From NCBI RefSeq assembly GCF_009914755.1, contig NC_060933.1: a DNA stretch of 64,000 nt. One strand, 5' to 3'. The notes under the pieces were generated by a model. The model was not told the origin of the DNA, did not search any database, and was given only the letters and a program-made list of their open reading frames with translations. Of this stretch, positions 13,496 to 27,465 are shown in pieces. The stretch comes from the human T2T-CHM13v2.0 reference genome, Homo sapiens. The translations under genes and the position numbers were made by a program. Within the stretch, counting starts at the first letter, position 1; each line of letters begins with the position of its first letter.

Positions 13496-14476
13496 TAAAC
13501 TAAAGAGCTTCTGCACAGCCAAAGAAACTATCATCAGAGTGAACAGGCAACCTACAGAATGGGAGAAATTTTTTGCAATCTATCCACCTGACAAAGGGCT
13601 AATATCCAGAATCTACAAAGAACTTAAACAAATTTACAAGAAAAAAAAACAAGCAACCCCATTAAAAATTGGGCAAAGGATATGAACAGACACTTCTCAA
13701 AAGAAGAAATTTATGCAGCCCACAGACATGTGAAGAAAAAGCTCATCATCACTGGTCATTAGAGAAATTCAAATCAAAACCACAATGAGATACCATCTCA
13801 CACCAGTTAGAATGGTAATCATTAAAAAGTCAGGAAACAACAGATGCTGGAGAGGATGTGGAGAAATAGGAACACTTTTACATTGTTGGTGGGAGTGTAA
13901 ATTAGTTCAATCATTATGGAAGACAGTGTGGCGATTCCTCAAGTATCTAGAACTAGAAATACCATTTGACCCAACAATCCCATTACTGGGTAGATACCCA
14001 AAGGATTATATATCATTCTACTATGAAGACACATGCACACGTATGTTTATTGTGGCACTGTTCACAATAGCAAAGACTTAGAACCAAACCAAATGTCCAT
14101 CAATGATAGACTGGATAAAGAAAATGTGGCACATATACACCATGGAATATTATGCAGCCATAAAAAAGGATGAGTTCATGTCCTTTGCAGGGATATGGAT
14201 GAAGCTGGAAAACATCATTCTCAGCAAACTAACATAAGAACAGAAAACTAAACACCGCATGTTCTCACTCATAAGTGGGAGTTGAACAAAGAGAGCAGAA
14301 CATCACACACTGGGGTCTGTCAGGGGATGGTGGGTTAGGGGAGGGATGGCATTAGAAGAAATACCTAATGTAAATCACGGGTTGATGGGTGCAGCAAACC
14401 ACCATGGCACGTGTATACCTATGTAACAAACCTGCATGTTCTGCATATGTACCCCAGAACTTAAAGTATAAAATAT
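13496..14476 (+). mobile_element. 5'-truncated L1PA (about L1PA7-10), 3' end
   Basis: ORF2 C-terminal peptides ([22 protein letters not shown]) and 3'UTR; 14-bp TSD atatatgtaatcta at 13482-13495 and 14477-14490. Confidence 0.92.
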
Positions 14477-15312
14477 ATATATGTAATCTAATATATCAAT
14501 TTCTTTCTGTATGTCTATAAAGTTTGCATTTTAAGTAATCATTTTCTATCCCAAAGTTATGATGATATTCTCCTTATATTTTCTTCTAAAATTATCAAAG
14601 TTTTGCCTTTCAAAATTAGGTTGTAATATACCTGGAATTGAGTTTTGTGCATATTCTGAAGGACAGTCGACTTAACTTTTCTCCATAAAAATTGAACCAA
14701 TTGTTTTAACATGATTTGTTGAAAAGCCTATTCTCTCTTTCATTGAACTATAATGCTAGCTCTGTCATAAATCAAATTTTCATTTGATTTATGATATGAA
14801 AATTATATGCATTTGATTGATATGCATTTTTTCTCCAATGATACTCAACTGTCTTAATTATATAATTTTGTAGTAATTCTTGGTATCTGATTAGGCAAAT
14901 ACCCACTCCCAACCCTGTTTCTTTTGTTTTTAAATCCAGGGGTGTTTTGGATATTCTTGTTCATTTGTGCTTCCACCTATATTTTTCAGTTAACTTGTCA
15001 GGTATGAAAAAATAAAAGGCAAAATTTTTTATCCTTAAATCAATTTGGGCAAGTTTGCAGTTTTTTCTTGTATTGTAACTTCCAATCTATGAATATGATC
15101 TATTTTTTCACCAATTTATGGCTTCTTCCAATAACATTTTATAATTGTCTTTTTAGAGGCCTTATCTTTTGTTTAGATTCATATCTAGGTATTTAATATT
15201 TTTGATGCTGTTATAAATGGTATTTTTAAAAATATATACATTTTTAACTATTTCACATAGAAAACTTTAATGGATTTTTAAAATGTAGATTTGTATTCAG
15301 TAAACCTGTTAA

Positions 15313-15701
<389 letters not shown>

Positions 15702-18700
15702 TAAAGATAATTTTATTTCTTTTCCACAATCTTTACAGGTTTAATTTTTTTCTATGCCTTGCTGCACTCTTTATGATTTCCAGTATTGGCACTACTCTGG
15801 CCTTTGGTCTTTGCTCTTGCATCAGCCTTTCATAATTGGGTATGTTTGTTGTAAGTTTTCTGTAGAGAGTCTTTATGAGGTTAAGAGATTTGTTTCATTT
15901 CTAGTTTATTAAGAGATTTTATTATAGATCAATGTTAAATTTTATCAAAATTTCTCCATTGCATTTCTATTGAGATGATCACATGATTATTAAAATTTAG
16001 TATAAAGATTTATTATTTTGATATTTTAAAATCAGGTTTATTGAGGCATAATTTATATATAATAAAATTTACCCTATTAGAGTATCCAGTCCAGTAAGTT
16101 TTGGTAAATGTATGCGAATAACACAATAAACAGGTTTAGAACTTTTCCATCACCACAAAAAGTTTATCAGGCCCCTTTGCAGTTAATACTCACCTTCTCT
16201 CCAGCCCCAGTAAAGCATGGATCTGCTTTTTGTTACTGTAGTTTTTCCTTTACTTTGATTTTTTTGAGTGTTAAGCCAGCCTTACATTTCTGAGTTAACT
16301 TGGTCATGATATCTTCTACAAACATTAATGAATTTAGTATGATTGGCTGATGCCTTTGCTTTCCTATACTGTCCTTGCCTGGTTGGTACAAGGATTATAT
16401 AATACTTATAAAGTGAGTTGAAGACAGTTTCCTCTTTTCACCAGCTGGAATAATTTATGTATTATTGAAATTAATTGCTCCTTAAATACTTGGCAGAATT
16501 CACTACAAAGGCACTTAATTCTAGACCTTTTGGAGGAAGATAAAATACTGATTTTTTAAATCATTATTTTATTTTTGTAATACAGCTTATTTTTCCAGAA
16601 ACTTCTACTTTTCGTTTACATCTTCAAGTCAGATTAAAGTTGTATTAATAACCCCTTATTATTTAAATCTCAGCAGAATGTGAAGTTATGTTCCCCCTTT
16701 GTATCCATTTTTTTCTCTAGATATTTTTCTGTTACCTGTTTTAAATTTAATTCCATTGTGGTCAGAGATAATACTTTGTATGACTTGCATTCTTTTATGT
16801 ATATTGAGACTTGTTATAAGGCACAGAGTATGGTTTATCTTGGTAATCATTCGTGGCACACTTAAAAATCATGTGTTTTCTGCTATTGTTGAGTGGGATG
16901 TTCTGTAACTGTGAATTAGGTCAAGTTAGTTGACAGTGTTGTTCAAGTCTTTTATATTATTACTGACTTTCTTTCTACTCACTCTATCAATTAGTGAAAG
17001 GTGTCAATATTTCCAGTTATAATCATGGATTTGTCTATTATTACTTTCAGTTAGAAATTTCTAGCTGAAATTATCTATTTCTACTTTCAGTTAGTGTTAG
17101 CTTGCTATATCTTTTTTCCATCCTTCTTCTTTTAACCCAATGTATCTTTATATTGACATTACATATATGATTTATATTATATTATGTTACTATATCTTGT
17201 ATGCAGCATATATTTGGATCTTTTTTATCCAATCTGATGATCTTTGCTTTTTAATTAATGTATTTAGATCATTTACATTTACTGTGATTATTAATATGTA
17301 TTAAGTTCAAATCTACCACTTTGGTATTGAATATCTAATTGTCCCATTTGTTCTTTGTTTCAAAAAAACTCTTTTTTTGCCTTTTTTTATATCAAGTATT
17401 TTAAAATTCTATTTCATCTTCTTTGTTTGCTTATTAGCTATAACTTTATTTTGCTAATTTAGTGGTTGCTTTAGGGTTTATAGTAAACATCTTCAACTTA
17501 TCACATTCTATGTTCTAGTCATATTATATTATTTAACACATAGTATAAAAACTTTATTGTAGTATACTTTCATTTTCCTCCAGTAATTGTGCGATTCTTG
17601 TCATCTATTTTGCTTCTACATGTTATAAACTCCACATGATTTTGTAATATTTTTGTTTAAACAATATTTATTTAGACTTAATAATAAATAATAAAAATAT
17701 ATGCTAACCACGTAGTTATAATTTCTAGTGTTGTTCATTTCTTTGTGTAGATCCATATTTCCACCTGCTATCGTTTTCCTTCTGCCCGAAGGTGCTGGTG
17801 ATGAATTTTTTCAGCTTTGGTATACTTAAAAAACTTTTTTTATTTTTGAAAATATTTTTTGTTAGGTATGAAATTCTATGTTGACTTTTTTTTCTTTCAG
17901 TATTTTAAGAATGCTACTCCATTGTCTTCTTGCTGGCATTATTTCCAGAGGAAGAAAAATCTTTAAGATTTTCTCTTTTTACAGACTTTGAGTAATTTTA
18001 CTACATTATAATTTGGTGTGGTTTTCTTCATGTTCCTTCGGCTTGAAGTTCATTGAGATTCTTCAATCTGTGAATTTATAGCTTTTTATCACTTGAAAAA
18101 GGTTTAGCCATTATTTCTTTAAAAAGTCATTGTCTCATCTTTCCCCTCTTTGGAAATTTCAATTACGGGTATATTAGGTCATTTGATGTTGTTCCACACA
18201 TCAATGATGCTCTGTTGTTTTTGTTATTTTCTCTTGTTTTGAGTCATTTTTTCTTCTGCGTTTTACTTTAGATAGTTTATCTTGCGATGTCTTTAACTCA
18301 CCAGTCTTTCCTTTTGCAATGTTTAATATTTTGATTGTTTGATTTTTTTCCTTCTCACTATGGTTCATATTTTCCTGCTTCTTTAAATGCCTGATAATTT
18401 TTTATTGGATGCTAGACATTGTGGATTTTACCTTGTTGAGCTCTGGATACTTTTTGCTTTCTTTTGAATATCTTGAGCTTTTTTTCTGGAATACAATTGT
18501 GTTATTTGCAGACAGTTTGATCCTTTTAGGTCTGGATTTTAAGATTTGTTAAAAAGGACCAGAACAGTGTTCAGTCTAGTGCTAATTATTCAAACTACTG
18601 AGCTAAATCCCTTCTAAATACTCTACCCAATGCTAGGTGAATTACATTTTTTTGTAGTTTAATGGTGAGTACAGGCACCATTACCTGCCTTATGTGAGTT

Positions 18701-20171
18701 CCAGACACTGCTCCTTCCAAGTCTTTAGGGAAGTTCTTTCCCCAACTTTGGGCAGTTTCTTCACAAACATGCTCTGATTACTGCTCTGCTGAATAAATAA
18801 AGGAAAATCTCTACAGATCTCTGTGTGCAGATGCCCTCTCTAGTATGCTTCCCAGTAAACTCCAGCCACTTTCATCTATTCAGATTTTTAGCTTTGACTC
18901 CTCAACTTGGTGACTCTACTGTGATCTCCAACCCCAGGTCATGGCCTGGAATCTCTTGTAAGGCAGAACTGTGAAACAACCCTGCCTTACCTGATTTATT
19001 TTCTTTTCTCTCATAGATCACTGTGTTTCATTGCTGATGTCCAGTGTATTGAAAACCATTATTTCACATATTTTTTTCTGTTTTGTTTGCTTCAGGTTGA
19101 TCCTGAGATCTTGTTCCCGATCTTCCATTTTTGCAAAGACTGAAGGTTCAATCTATTTTTTAGACCATTATTTTTGTTCTGTCATACCTCAGGTTTGTCA
19201 ATTTTACTTTCCTTTTTCAATAACTTACATTTGGTATTCTCAAGTCTCTTTATGGCATACTTGTTTATTCGTAAATGTGTTATTTGTACATTCGTTTTCT
19301 TTGTTATTAATTTTTACTCAAATTCATTATTTCCTTCTTTCTACTTGTCGCAGTAGCTTCACATACAACATAAAACATAAACTGGAGAGACCCCACCCAG
19401 TATATAAATGTAGCAAAAATTTCATGTACCCCATACATTTGCACAAATAAAACACCCCCAAAACCCTCCCCAAATCCAAAGGCTCAATTTAATTCTATGA
19501 TTTCAAAATATTGCCACCCACATCACAAAGACTTTCTTGATCACCCTACCTTCTGATAGTCTAGTTATCCATCTTCCAAATTCCTGGAGCAATGGTTCAG
19601 AGAGAACACATTAACCCCTGAACAGAATGTTTACTCAGCAGACAGTGGTATCTCAGTTCAGGTAACTAAAATAACTCTTGTCTGACATACAGCATAAGGA
19701 TGTTCTTCTACAGGCCTGAGGGAATTTCTTGCAGAGCAATAAAGTACACTGGGATATTGCTAACCAAACATTATCACCACTGCAGAAACCAAGAAACATG
19801 GAAACTTCACATATTGACTAATTTAAGTCCCAAAAGGCCTACTAAGAATGAAGTACTCACTTGACAAGGGACTGTGAGGTGGCAAGGTGTTCATAGATGT
19901 TTATGTTGGGATTGAGTCATGTTTCATCACAGGAGAAGAATCTAGGGCTTGACCAAGCTTAGAATCAAGATTGGGAGCTGGTGCATTTATACAGAAAACA
20001 TAATGAACCCTACACCTTACTGTGTCCTATGCCAGTAAAGGCACACAGATGACCATTGTTCTAGAAATTTGAAAGATAAAGAACTAGACTATGAGAAGGC
20101 AGGGTGATCAAGAAAGTCTTCACAATGTGAGTGGAAATATCTTGAAATTATAAAACTAGTTGGAACCTTTG

Positions 20172-20458
20172 GGTTGTTTTATTTTGTTTGTTAATTTGTT
20201 AGGGGTACATGAAAAGTTTTGTTACATGTATATAAGGCATAGTGATCAAGTCAGGGTGTTTAGGATGTCTACCACCCAAGTACAATACATTTTTGTTAAG
20301 TATAGTCACCCTATTCTGCTATCAAACATTGAATTTATTTCTTCTGTCTTATTCTATGTTTGTACCTTTTAATCCACTTCTCTTCATCTTATCCCTGCCC
20401 CCACTCACTCTTTCCAGTCCCTGTTGTCTATCTTTCCACTCTCTACCTTCATGTTGGA
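20172..20458 (-). mobile_element. L1MA-type 3' end fragment
   Basis: ggggtacatg...ttgttacatgtatata...tatagtcaccctattctgctatcaaac; TSD-like tggaacctttg / tggaaactttg. Confidence 0.75.
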
Positions 20459-21434
20459 TGGAAACTTTGTTAACTGAATATTCGCGTTTCCTTAGAAATA
20501 CTTAAGACAATAGTCCATATCACACCGTTGTGAGCATTTATGATTTTTTTTTTCTCAGATGAAAAACCCAGATGATCTGGGTTCTTTCCCATCAATCTCT
20601 AATAGGTAACATTCCTAGGCCCTCTGGCACTAGCACTGCTCCCTAACACAAAGATTGAGTCGCTCATGTTTGTATTCTCAGAGCCTAACCTACTGCCTTG
20701 CAGAAAGACTGCAAATATCATCTTTTTCTACACAGATTAAAGATTTTGGGCCTGATTTCTTGGTCAGAGAGAGCTATTGAAGGTTCGTGAGCAGGCAAAG
20801 GCCACATAACTCTGTGTCATTGGCTCAAGCTGACCAAGTCATACATCATGTGACCTGCACCCAACTATAGGGAGCTGCTGCATTTGTTTCATTCCTTCTT
20901 CATGGCAAAAGTCCTAGGTAGAGCCCAACGTGCTGCCATGAGCTGTGGGAGGTACTGTGATGAATATAACTTCAAGGAATTCAGGAGTTGGTGGAGGAGC
21001 TTTACAAGTCAAAACATCCAATAATGACTTGTTTTCACTGAATTTACCTGAATGCTCTGTTAAGTTATGGAGACCTGTCTCCTGTGATTCATTAGATAGA
21101 AGCACTATGGATAATAAGACTCTCAAAATACTGTTCTCATTGATATCGAATCTGTCTTGATGAACTGCAGCAATTGAGAAAGATCCCTTTGCCCAGCCTT
21201 TACCAATCTCCCTGCCCTTGATTTAGCAGGACTTGAATCACAGCAGAACTGGAAATAAAGTCAATACTATACATATAAAAGAAAGTGTTGGTCAATTGCT
21301 TTCTCTATGATATTCTAGTAATTTAATTGTACTTTCAGGTTAGAAAAGTAAAATAAAACAATTCTAAGGAAATCATAATTATGTTGTCTAAGTTGTGTAC
21401 TGTGTGTCCAAGTATTTATTACACTCTGTATATG

Positions 21435-21995
21435 ATGATAGATAACATTTTTAGAATGCTTTCTCTGTACCAAGGATTGTACAATATGTTTAGTATATAC
21501 TGTTATCCTTCAGTATCCATGGGGGATTGGTTCCAGGACCACTTCCTCACTCCCCCACCCTCCACACACCCCCAAGATACCAAAATCTGCTGAAGCTCCA
21601 GTCCCTGATATAAAATGAATAAATTTGGGTATAACCTATGCATATCCTCCTGTATGTTTTAAATAATTTCTAGGTTACTTATAATACCTAATACAATGTA
21701 AATGCAATATAATTAATCGTTATACTATATTGGTATTTTATTTATATTATTTCCTCTTGTACTGTTATTTTTTTCCAAATATTTTCCATCCCCAGATAGT
21801 TTAATTCTTGGATTCAGAACCCACAGATATGTTGGGCTGACCTTATCATCCCACTAAAGACTTGTAACAATCCCAAGAGGTAGGCCTAGTCATGATCTTT
21901 ATTTTATAGAGAAGAAAATTAAAGCTTAAAGTAACTACAGGATCACGCAGTGTGAACAAGGTAGAGCCAGGATTCGAACGAGGGAAGTCATGCTC
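21435..21995 (-). mobile_element. MIR split by a MER2 insertion
   Basis: MIR-like pieces on both sides of the MER2 (gataacatttttagaatgc... and ...attttatagagaagaaaattaaagct...gtagagccaggattcgaac). Confidence 0.55.
21500..21841 (+). mobile_element. MER2 (Tigger)
   Basis: cttcagtatccatgggggattggttccaggacc...gataccaaaatc...tacttataatacctaatacaatgtaaatgc; paralogous to 418-739. Confidence 0.85.
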
Positions 21996-22476
21996 TACCA
22001 CCGCAGGCTGCAACTGGGCTGGTTGTGCACCTGCCACATATGAACCTCAGATATAGCTACTGTCTGCCAGAAATCCCACCAGTGTTTCCAGCCATATTAT
22101 TTGAAGGTAAGGTAGAGCACCTCTGTAGTAGTGTTGCTGAAAGAAAAAATACTGAAATTAATAGAAAGACAACAATTTTTCTTATCACATATAGCTATAA
22201 GCATGGTGGAAAATTATGTCTATTCTCTCAGTAAGTAGATATAAACCTGACCAATAATGGCATATATGCCTATATCTCCATAAATTAAGTATTGTTTAAC
22301 ATCTCCTAAATTTATCATAATGCTTCAACAATTTAAAAGAGATACCATTTTAAAGACAGTATTAAAAAAACCCAACAATTTCTCACTCCTTATATATGTA
22401 CATTTACATATGTACACACACATAGAAATACGTATATACATGTACACACATACCACATACATATATATTTATACAC

Positions 22477-22479
<3 letters not shown>

Positions 22480-22513
<34 letters not shown>
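22480..22513. repeat. (TG)17 microsatellite preceded by a TA/CA-rich tract
   Basis: Direct reading. Confidence 0.95.
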
Positions 22514-22514
<1 letters not shown>

Positions 22515-24770
22515 TATTTTTCAGTTCACACCTGGAAAGTGAAAGTAGTGCTCCCATTTAGCTATTCCATGTCTGTGCGCAGTATGTTCCTGACAGAAGA
22601 GAGTTTCAGTTTAGAAGGGGACTCCTCCATGAACCTTCCTTCCCCAACTCCCAGAACAAAATGAATCCCCTCTCTGTACAGATTGCTTTTACGTCTAAAA
22701 TAGATCTATGTCTTTTCATGCTGTCTTGTATGAGAGTACACTGTACATGCATCCCTCTCCCTTTCTCGAGTTAAATAAGGTCCAGGAAACTTTGTCTGGA
22801 ATTCCCAAGGCTGCTTGAGGATGGGAGCTGCTAGCAGACGTGTCAATACGTGTCTGAATATTTCTTTCTAAGTGAACTCTCTTCTGGTAAATGAGAATGA
22901 ATTTTGGCCCAGTATTGATTTCCCTTTTAGATGACACATTTCTTTTGTTAACATGTTTCCATCTTTGGAGAATGAGGGATAAGTGTGAAAATGGGTACAT
23001 CTACTTTCTCTCTTTATTTACTGAAAATTTTAATTCATTTTCAGGCAAGTAGGTTCAGTACACGACTTTTCCTGGGGTGAGAGGCTAAAGGAGTGGGAGA
23101 GATGGCATTTTCGGTTGACAGAAATAGAGGTCAATCAGTCTGGTGCCCACATGCTTTGTGAATACTGGCAGCCAGCCGGAGTTCAGGTCTCAATTAAGCA
23201 GATTAAGCCAAAGAAAGCACAAATGGAAACCCAGGCAAATTACCCCAAATTGCAGCTATTCCAGCGTTCCTATACACTGGATTTCTGAATTTAAACTGAC
23301 CCCCAAGATATTAAGGAAGAGACTGAGGAGAGCAAACCCTCTGGCCAGCTCCAAATCCATCTGCTTGAATTACAGAGATGCAGGCCCCGATCTGAGGCTT
23401 TCCCTTTCATACCAGGCAGGAGGGCATTTGGGGCTGTGCGTGTGTTTGTGTGCATGTGAACTCATAGACGAGGGCATATGTGTACACTGCACACTCAGCA
23501 TGTCAAAGGCAGCACTTGTTCTGCAGGCCTCATAAGAATAACCACATCACACAATGGCTTCTTTCTAAATAAACAGAAGAGGAGAGTTGGCTGATAAGGC
23601 ATTTGTAGGATATACCAGGCCAAATTCAGTCAGCAGCTCCTGAATGTAGACAAGTGGCCTTCTATGCTAGTGAGCTTGGGAGAAGATACCATCTCTCCTG
23701 TCCACAGGCCCCATAATTGCATCTCATTCCTGACTCCTGCGAAATAATGACCCTCTCTCCTCATGGTTTGCAGAACAACACATGGGGAGGAAATAGTAGA
23801 TCTGAGCTAACTGGCCCAGAAATTCTAACCAGATGATGGAAAAATGTTTTGTCAAAGTAAGAGTTCTTTGAATTTTTAAGAGCTTTGCATAATCTAATAA
23901 GCAGCCTTTTCAAGAAAGTGTCCAAAATGAGGCCAGCAAGACTATCCACCATTATTTCAATATCATCTTGCCAATTCTTTCATTTTGACGGATACAGACA
24001 GGAATCCCAAATAAAACATTCCTTCTTAGTCCTCCCCTGCTTCTTTTTTGGCAAGAGTATAAAAGACTTTTCCCCCTTAAGCAAAGCAGTAAATGACACA
24101 ATGAAAGAAAAAAAAAATGCCTCGCAGAACTGCATTGTATTTTCAACTTTATTAAATAAGCAAAAAAAAAACAACTGGATAAAAAGTAATTTTGCAAAGT
24201 CTATTAAGCTCCCATTTGTTTGTGGAGGTGTTGGCTAGTTGTCTAGATCCTTGAGTAACTGACCTTTTTAGTTTGTTTTTATGTTGTTTGTTTTCAGCTT
24301 TTGTCCACAACAGGCAGTCACTTCAGACCAGGAAGTCTCTAAAAGCACCGAGACTCTTCGGAGGTTAATGCTTTCGGCCAAGATCATGGATGGGGAGGAC
24401 ACAGGGCTTTACCATCAGCACTTCTCTTGGTACCTCACTATCAACAGGATGATGGCCCATAGGAGCAAAGGCACCAGTTTTCATGCACTGCCCAGTTTAC
24501 CCATTTTGGCAAATCCTTCCTCCTGGCCTCCTGACTATGACACCACCCAGATGTCCATATTTTCTGCCAGGAAAAGCCTGCTGGGGACAAAGCTTCTTAC
24601 TTCATGTTTATCTTCTCTCCATTTCAGAAAATGTCCCGTCTTACATTGCAACTTGTTGAAAGCAGGAAAGTGATTTTATAGTAAGACTAATTTACATTAA
24701 AGTGAAAATGACATTATTTTGAGGGGTACCACTTCAAGTAATTTGTTTATATTTTAATAATATATTGAGA

Positions 24771-24886
24771 GTCTTGGTGGCTCAGGCCTGTTTTCCTGGC
24801 ACATAAGGAGGCAAAGCTGGGTGTTTGAGACCAGCCTGGACAATATAGGAAGGCCTCATCTATATAACAACAACAACAACAAAAAA
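24771..24886 (+). mobile_element. Alu monomer (FLAM/FAM-like)
   Basis: ggtggctcaggcctgt...ggaggc...tttgagaccagcctggacaatatagg...(AAC)n tail. Confidence 0.7.
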
Positions 24887-25170
24887 GAATATGATAGAGA
24901 CATTCATTGAGCATTACATTTTTTGAGCATTATATATTCTGTGTCCTGTGTCTCCATCCAAATTTTAGATTCAAAATATATTATTACTGTAATGTTAACC
25001 CCAAAAGAAAAATATTTATTGGTAATAATCTAAGTACTATGATATGTAAAGAAGACCTCTCCAAATGCTCAAATCATACCATATTGGGAATTGATTACTC
25101 AAATAGCTCTCTCTATATACCTATATCTAAACCAGGACCAAAGACTGAACAGGCTCGGAAGATATCTTTG

Positions 25171-25304
25171 TTTTTGTTTTTGTTTTAGAAACAGGGTCTC
25201 TCTTTGTTGCCCAGACTAGTCTCGAACTCCTGGGCTCAAAAGATCCTCCCCACTCAGGCTCCCAAAGTTCTGGGATTACAGGTGTGAGCCACTGTGCCCA
25301 GACT
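25171..25304 (-). mobile_element. FLAM_C Alu monomer
   Basis: Left monomer only; 13-bp TSD gaag(a/t)tatctttg at 25158-25170 and 25305-25317. Confidence 0.88.
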
Positions 25305-27465
25305 GAAGTTATCTTTGTAGGGTGCTTCTTTCACATGGGAGATGGAACATACAGATCCAATACAGATGGGATTGTTCTATAGAGTAAAACGAACAAGTGC
25401 ATAATTAATTCCCATGTAAGCCATTCTCTGGTCAAAAGTTTGCCAAAAGTTTCTACCATTTGATCCTCTATCTCTGAAGTGAATACAGAAGCAGTACAAT
25501 GAGGCAGCTATTAGCAGAGGAAGGGACCTACATGGGACTCTTGTAGCTCATGTGGATATGGAACTGCAGAAGAGAGAGGCTGAGGTTGACGTAAAATAAG
25601 ACCCTGAAATCCAAAGGCAATCAACGAGATAGCATTGGTTAGAGTTCAAAACCTCAGAGATCCATATGGCTTTCTTGGGGAAAAACTCATTTATCTTGAC
25701 CTAAGGCAGAAAGTGAGAAGGAGGCAGTAGCCACCAAGACAGAAGAAAACTTAAGCATTTGAAGAGGGAAATTCAATGGGCTCCAGGTGCCTTCCATGTA
25801 AACATTTCAGAAAAACTCCCAGAAGTTTGATAGAGCTCATGCGTGTCAATGAAACTGTAAAATCCAGTCAAGTCGCCATCCTGGTTGGACTCTAATAGGG
25901 AAGAAAGAGAAAGGATTAGAGCCAGAGAGAAGGAAGACTGCTTCCAAAAATAAATTTCAAGAATATCTTAGGGTAAAAGGATGGACATCTTCACTGGGGA
26001 CTGAAGATGGGGAGCAAATAGCACAGAGAAGAAAGGTTTATAAGGTTTAGGAGCAGAAAAATTTGATTTGGAATTCCCAATCCTGTTCCTCTTTCAGAGG
26101 GCCACTTCTGATGCTGTCTGTTGCTGTTGTGCAAACTTGTTTTTCCTGCAAAGCCATTGAGGCATCTTCACATGCCATAATGTCTGTACTGTTTAACTCC
26201 CGAGATAATTATTCTCAAAGGAAGAAGTCACTGATGGAAATCCCTGTAGCTCTATTGGATAGCAAATAAATTGCATTTATTCCTTCTGAAAGAATTGTTT
26301 TAAAGCAGAATTACATAAAGGGACTCTATAAAGAACAAATATAGGTTAAAACTTGAATTTTTCTCAATACTCTAGAAAGATGACGGGCTGTCAGTATCCT
26401 GCAAATGTCCCATCTCTTCCTAGGACCTATGAAATCTCTCTCTCTCTCTCTCAAGCCATCTGGTGTTTGCATTATACTTTCATGTGTTTTTTCACTCACA
26501 ACATCAGGTCGTCACCCGCACTCTTTCATGCCAGAAATTTCATCCCACTGATGTTTGGCCCACCCCTTCCTCTCTTTCCTTCACATATTTCTTGAAGTAT
26601 CAGGATGTTCCTGAATATGAAAAGCCTTTTTCTTCCTGTCCTTTTTCTTATACAGGGCCTCTAAGTATGAAATCAACCATCATACACAAATAGTGTACAT
26701 ATTTTGTTTGTTCATTCATGGGTATTAGTTGCTGTTTGTGTGAATGGTTTAGATGTTCTCTGTAGAATTATTCTCTTCTATTTTGTTAACAATGCCCACT
26801 TTCAATTGTAACATATTGCAAGGTAGAAAATATATTCTTTAACCAGGATTTTTAAAAAATAGGTATAAAGGAATGTTCCCTGAGAGAGAGAAATATTGGT
26901 GCTCATACATTTATGTATATATACAAAAATGTACTCATATTTATATACACACATAGAAATGTACATGAATGAACATATATATACATGTATATGTGAATAT
27001 ACACATGTATGTGTCTATCATAATATCATCCTTTGTTTTATATTTTTGCGTATATTTCAAAACATTTTCAAGATTTTTATACCGTGGTACCCAAATATAA
27101 TTTATTTATGTTCAAAACAGTGTCTACACCATCATGAATAAGCTGTGGCTGAAAACCATTTGATAATGAAGCAATGGCGCTGACAATGATATTCACTCAT
27201 TGCCTGGTTTTTTTGTTTTTTGTTTTTTGTTTTGATGCTTTTAAAAACTGCTGTCTAGGGTCGGAACTGCAACTTGCTCCGGAGGGCACGGGCTCCGTAG
27301 TCACCAACTGCAAGGCCCCCTCCCCCTGCGGGCGCTCCCCTGGCACAATTCGCGTTCGAGAGTGACCTGCACTCGCTGCTTCAACTGGATGCACCCATCC
27401 CCAATGCACCCCCTGCTCGCTGGCAGCGCAAAGCCAAGAAAGCCACAGGCCCGGCCCCCTCACCC

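Noticed and set aside
17683-17695. Tandem AATAAA as a possible 3' end of a plus-strand lncRNA (GAS1RR, from memory)
   Set aside because: AT-rich L1-derived context makes hexamers common; no exon structure can be supported from sequence alone
24281-24673. 130-aa plus-strand ORF behind a pyrimidine-rich acceptor-like stretch
   Set aside because: No recognisable domain or homology and no supporting exons; consistent with a chance ORF
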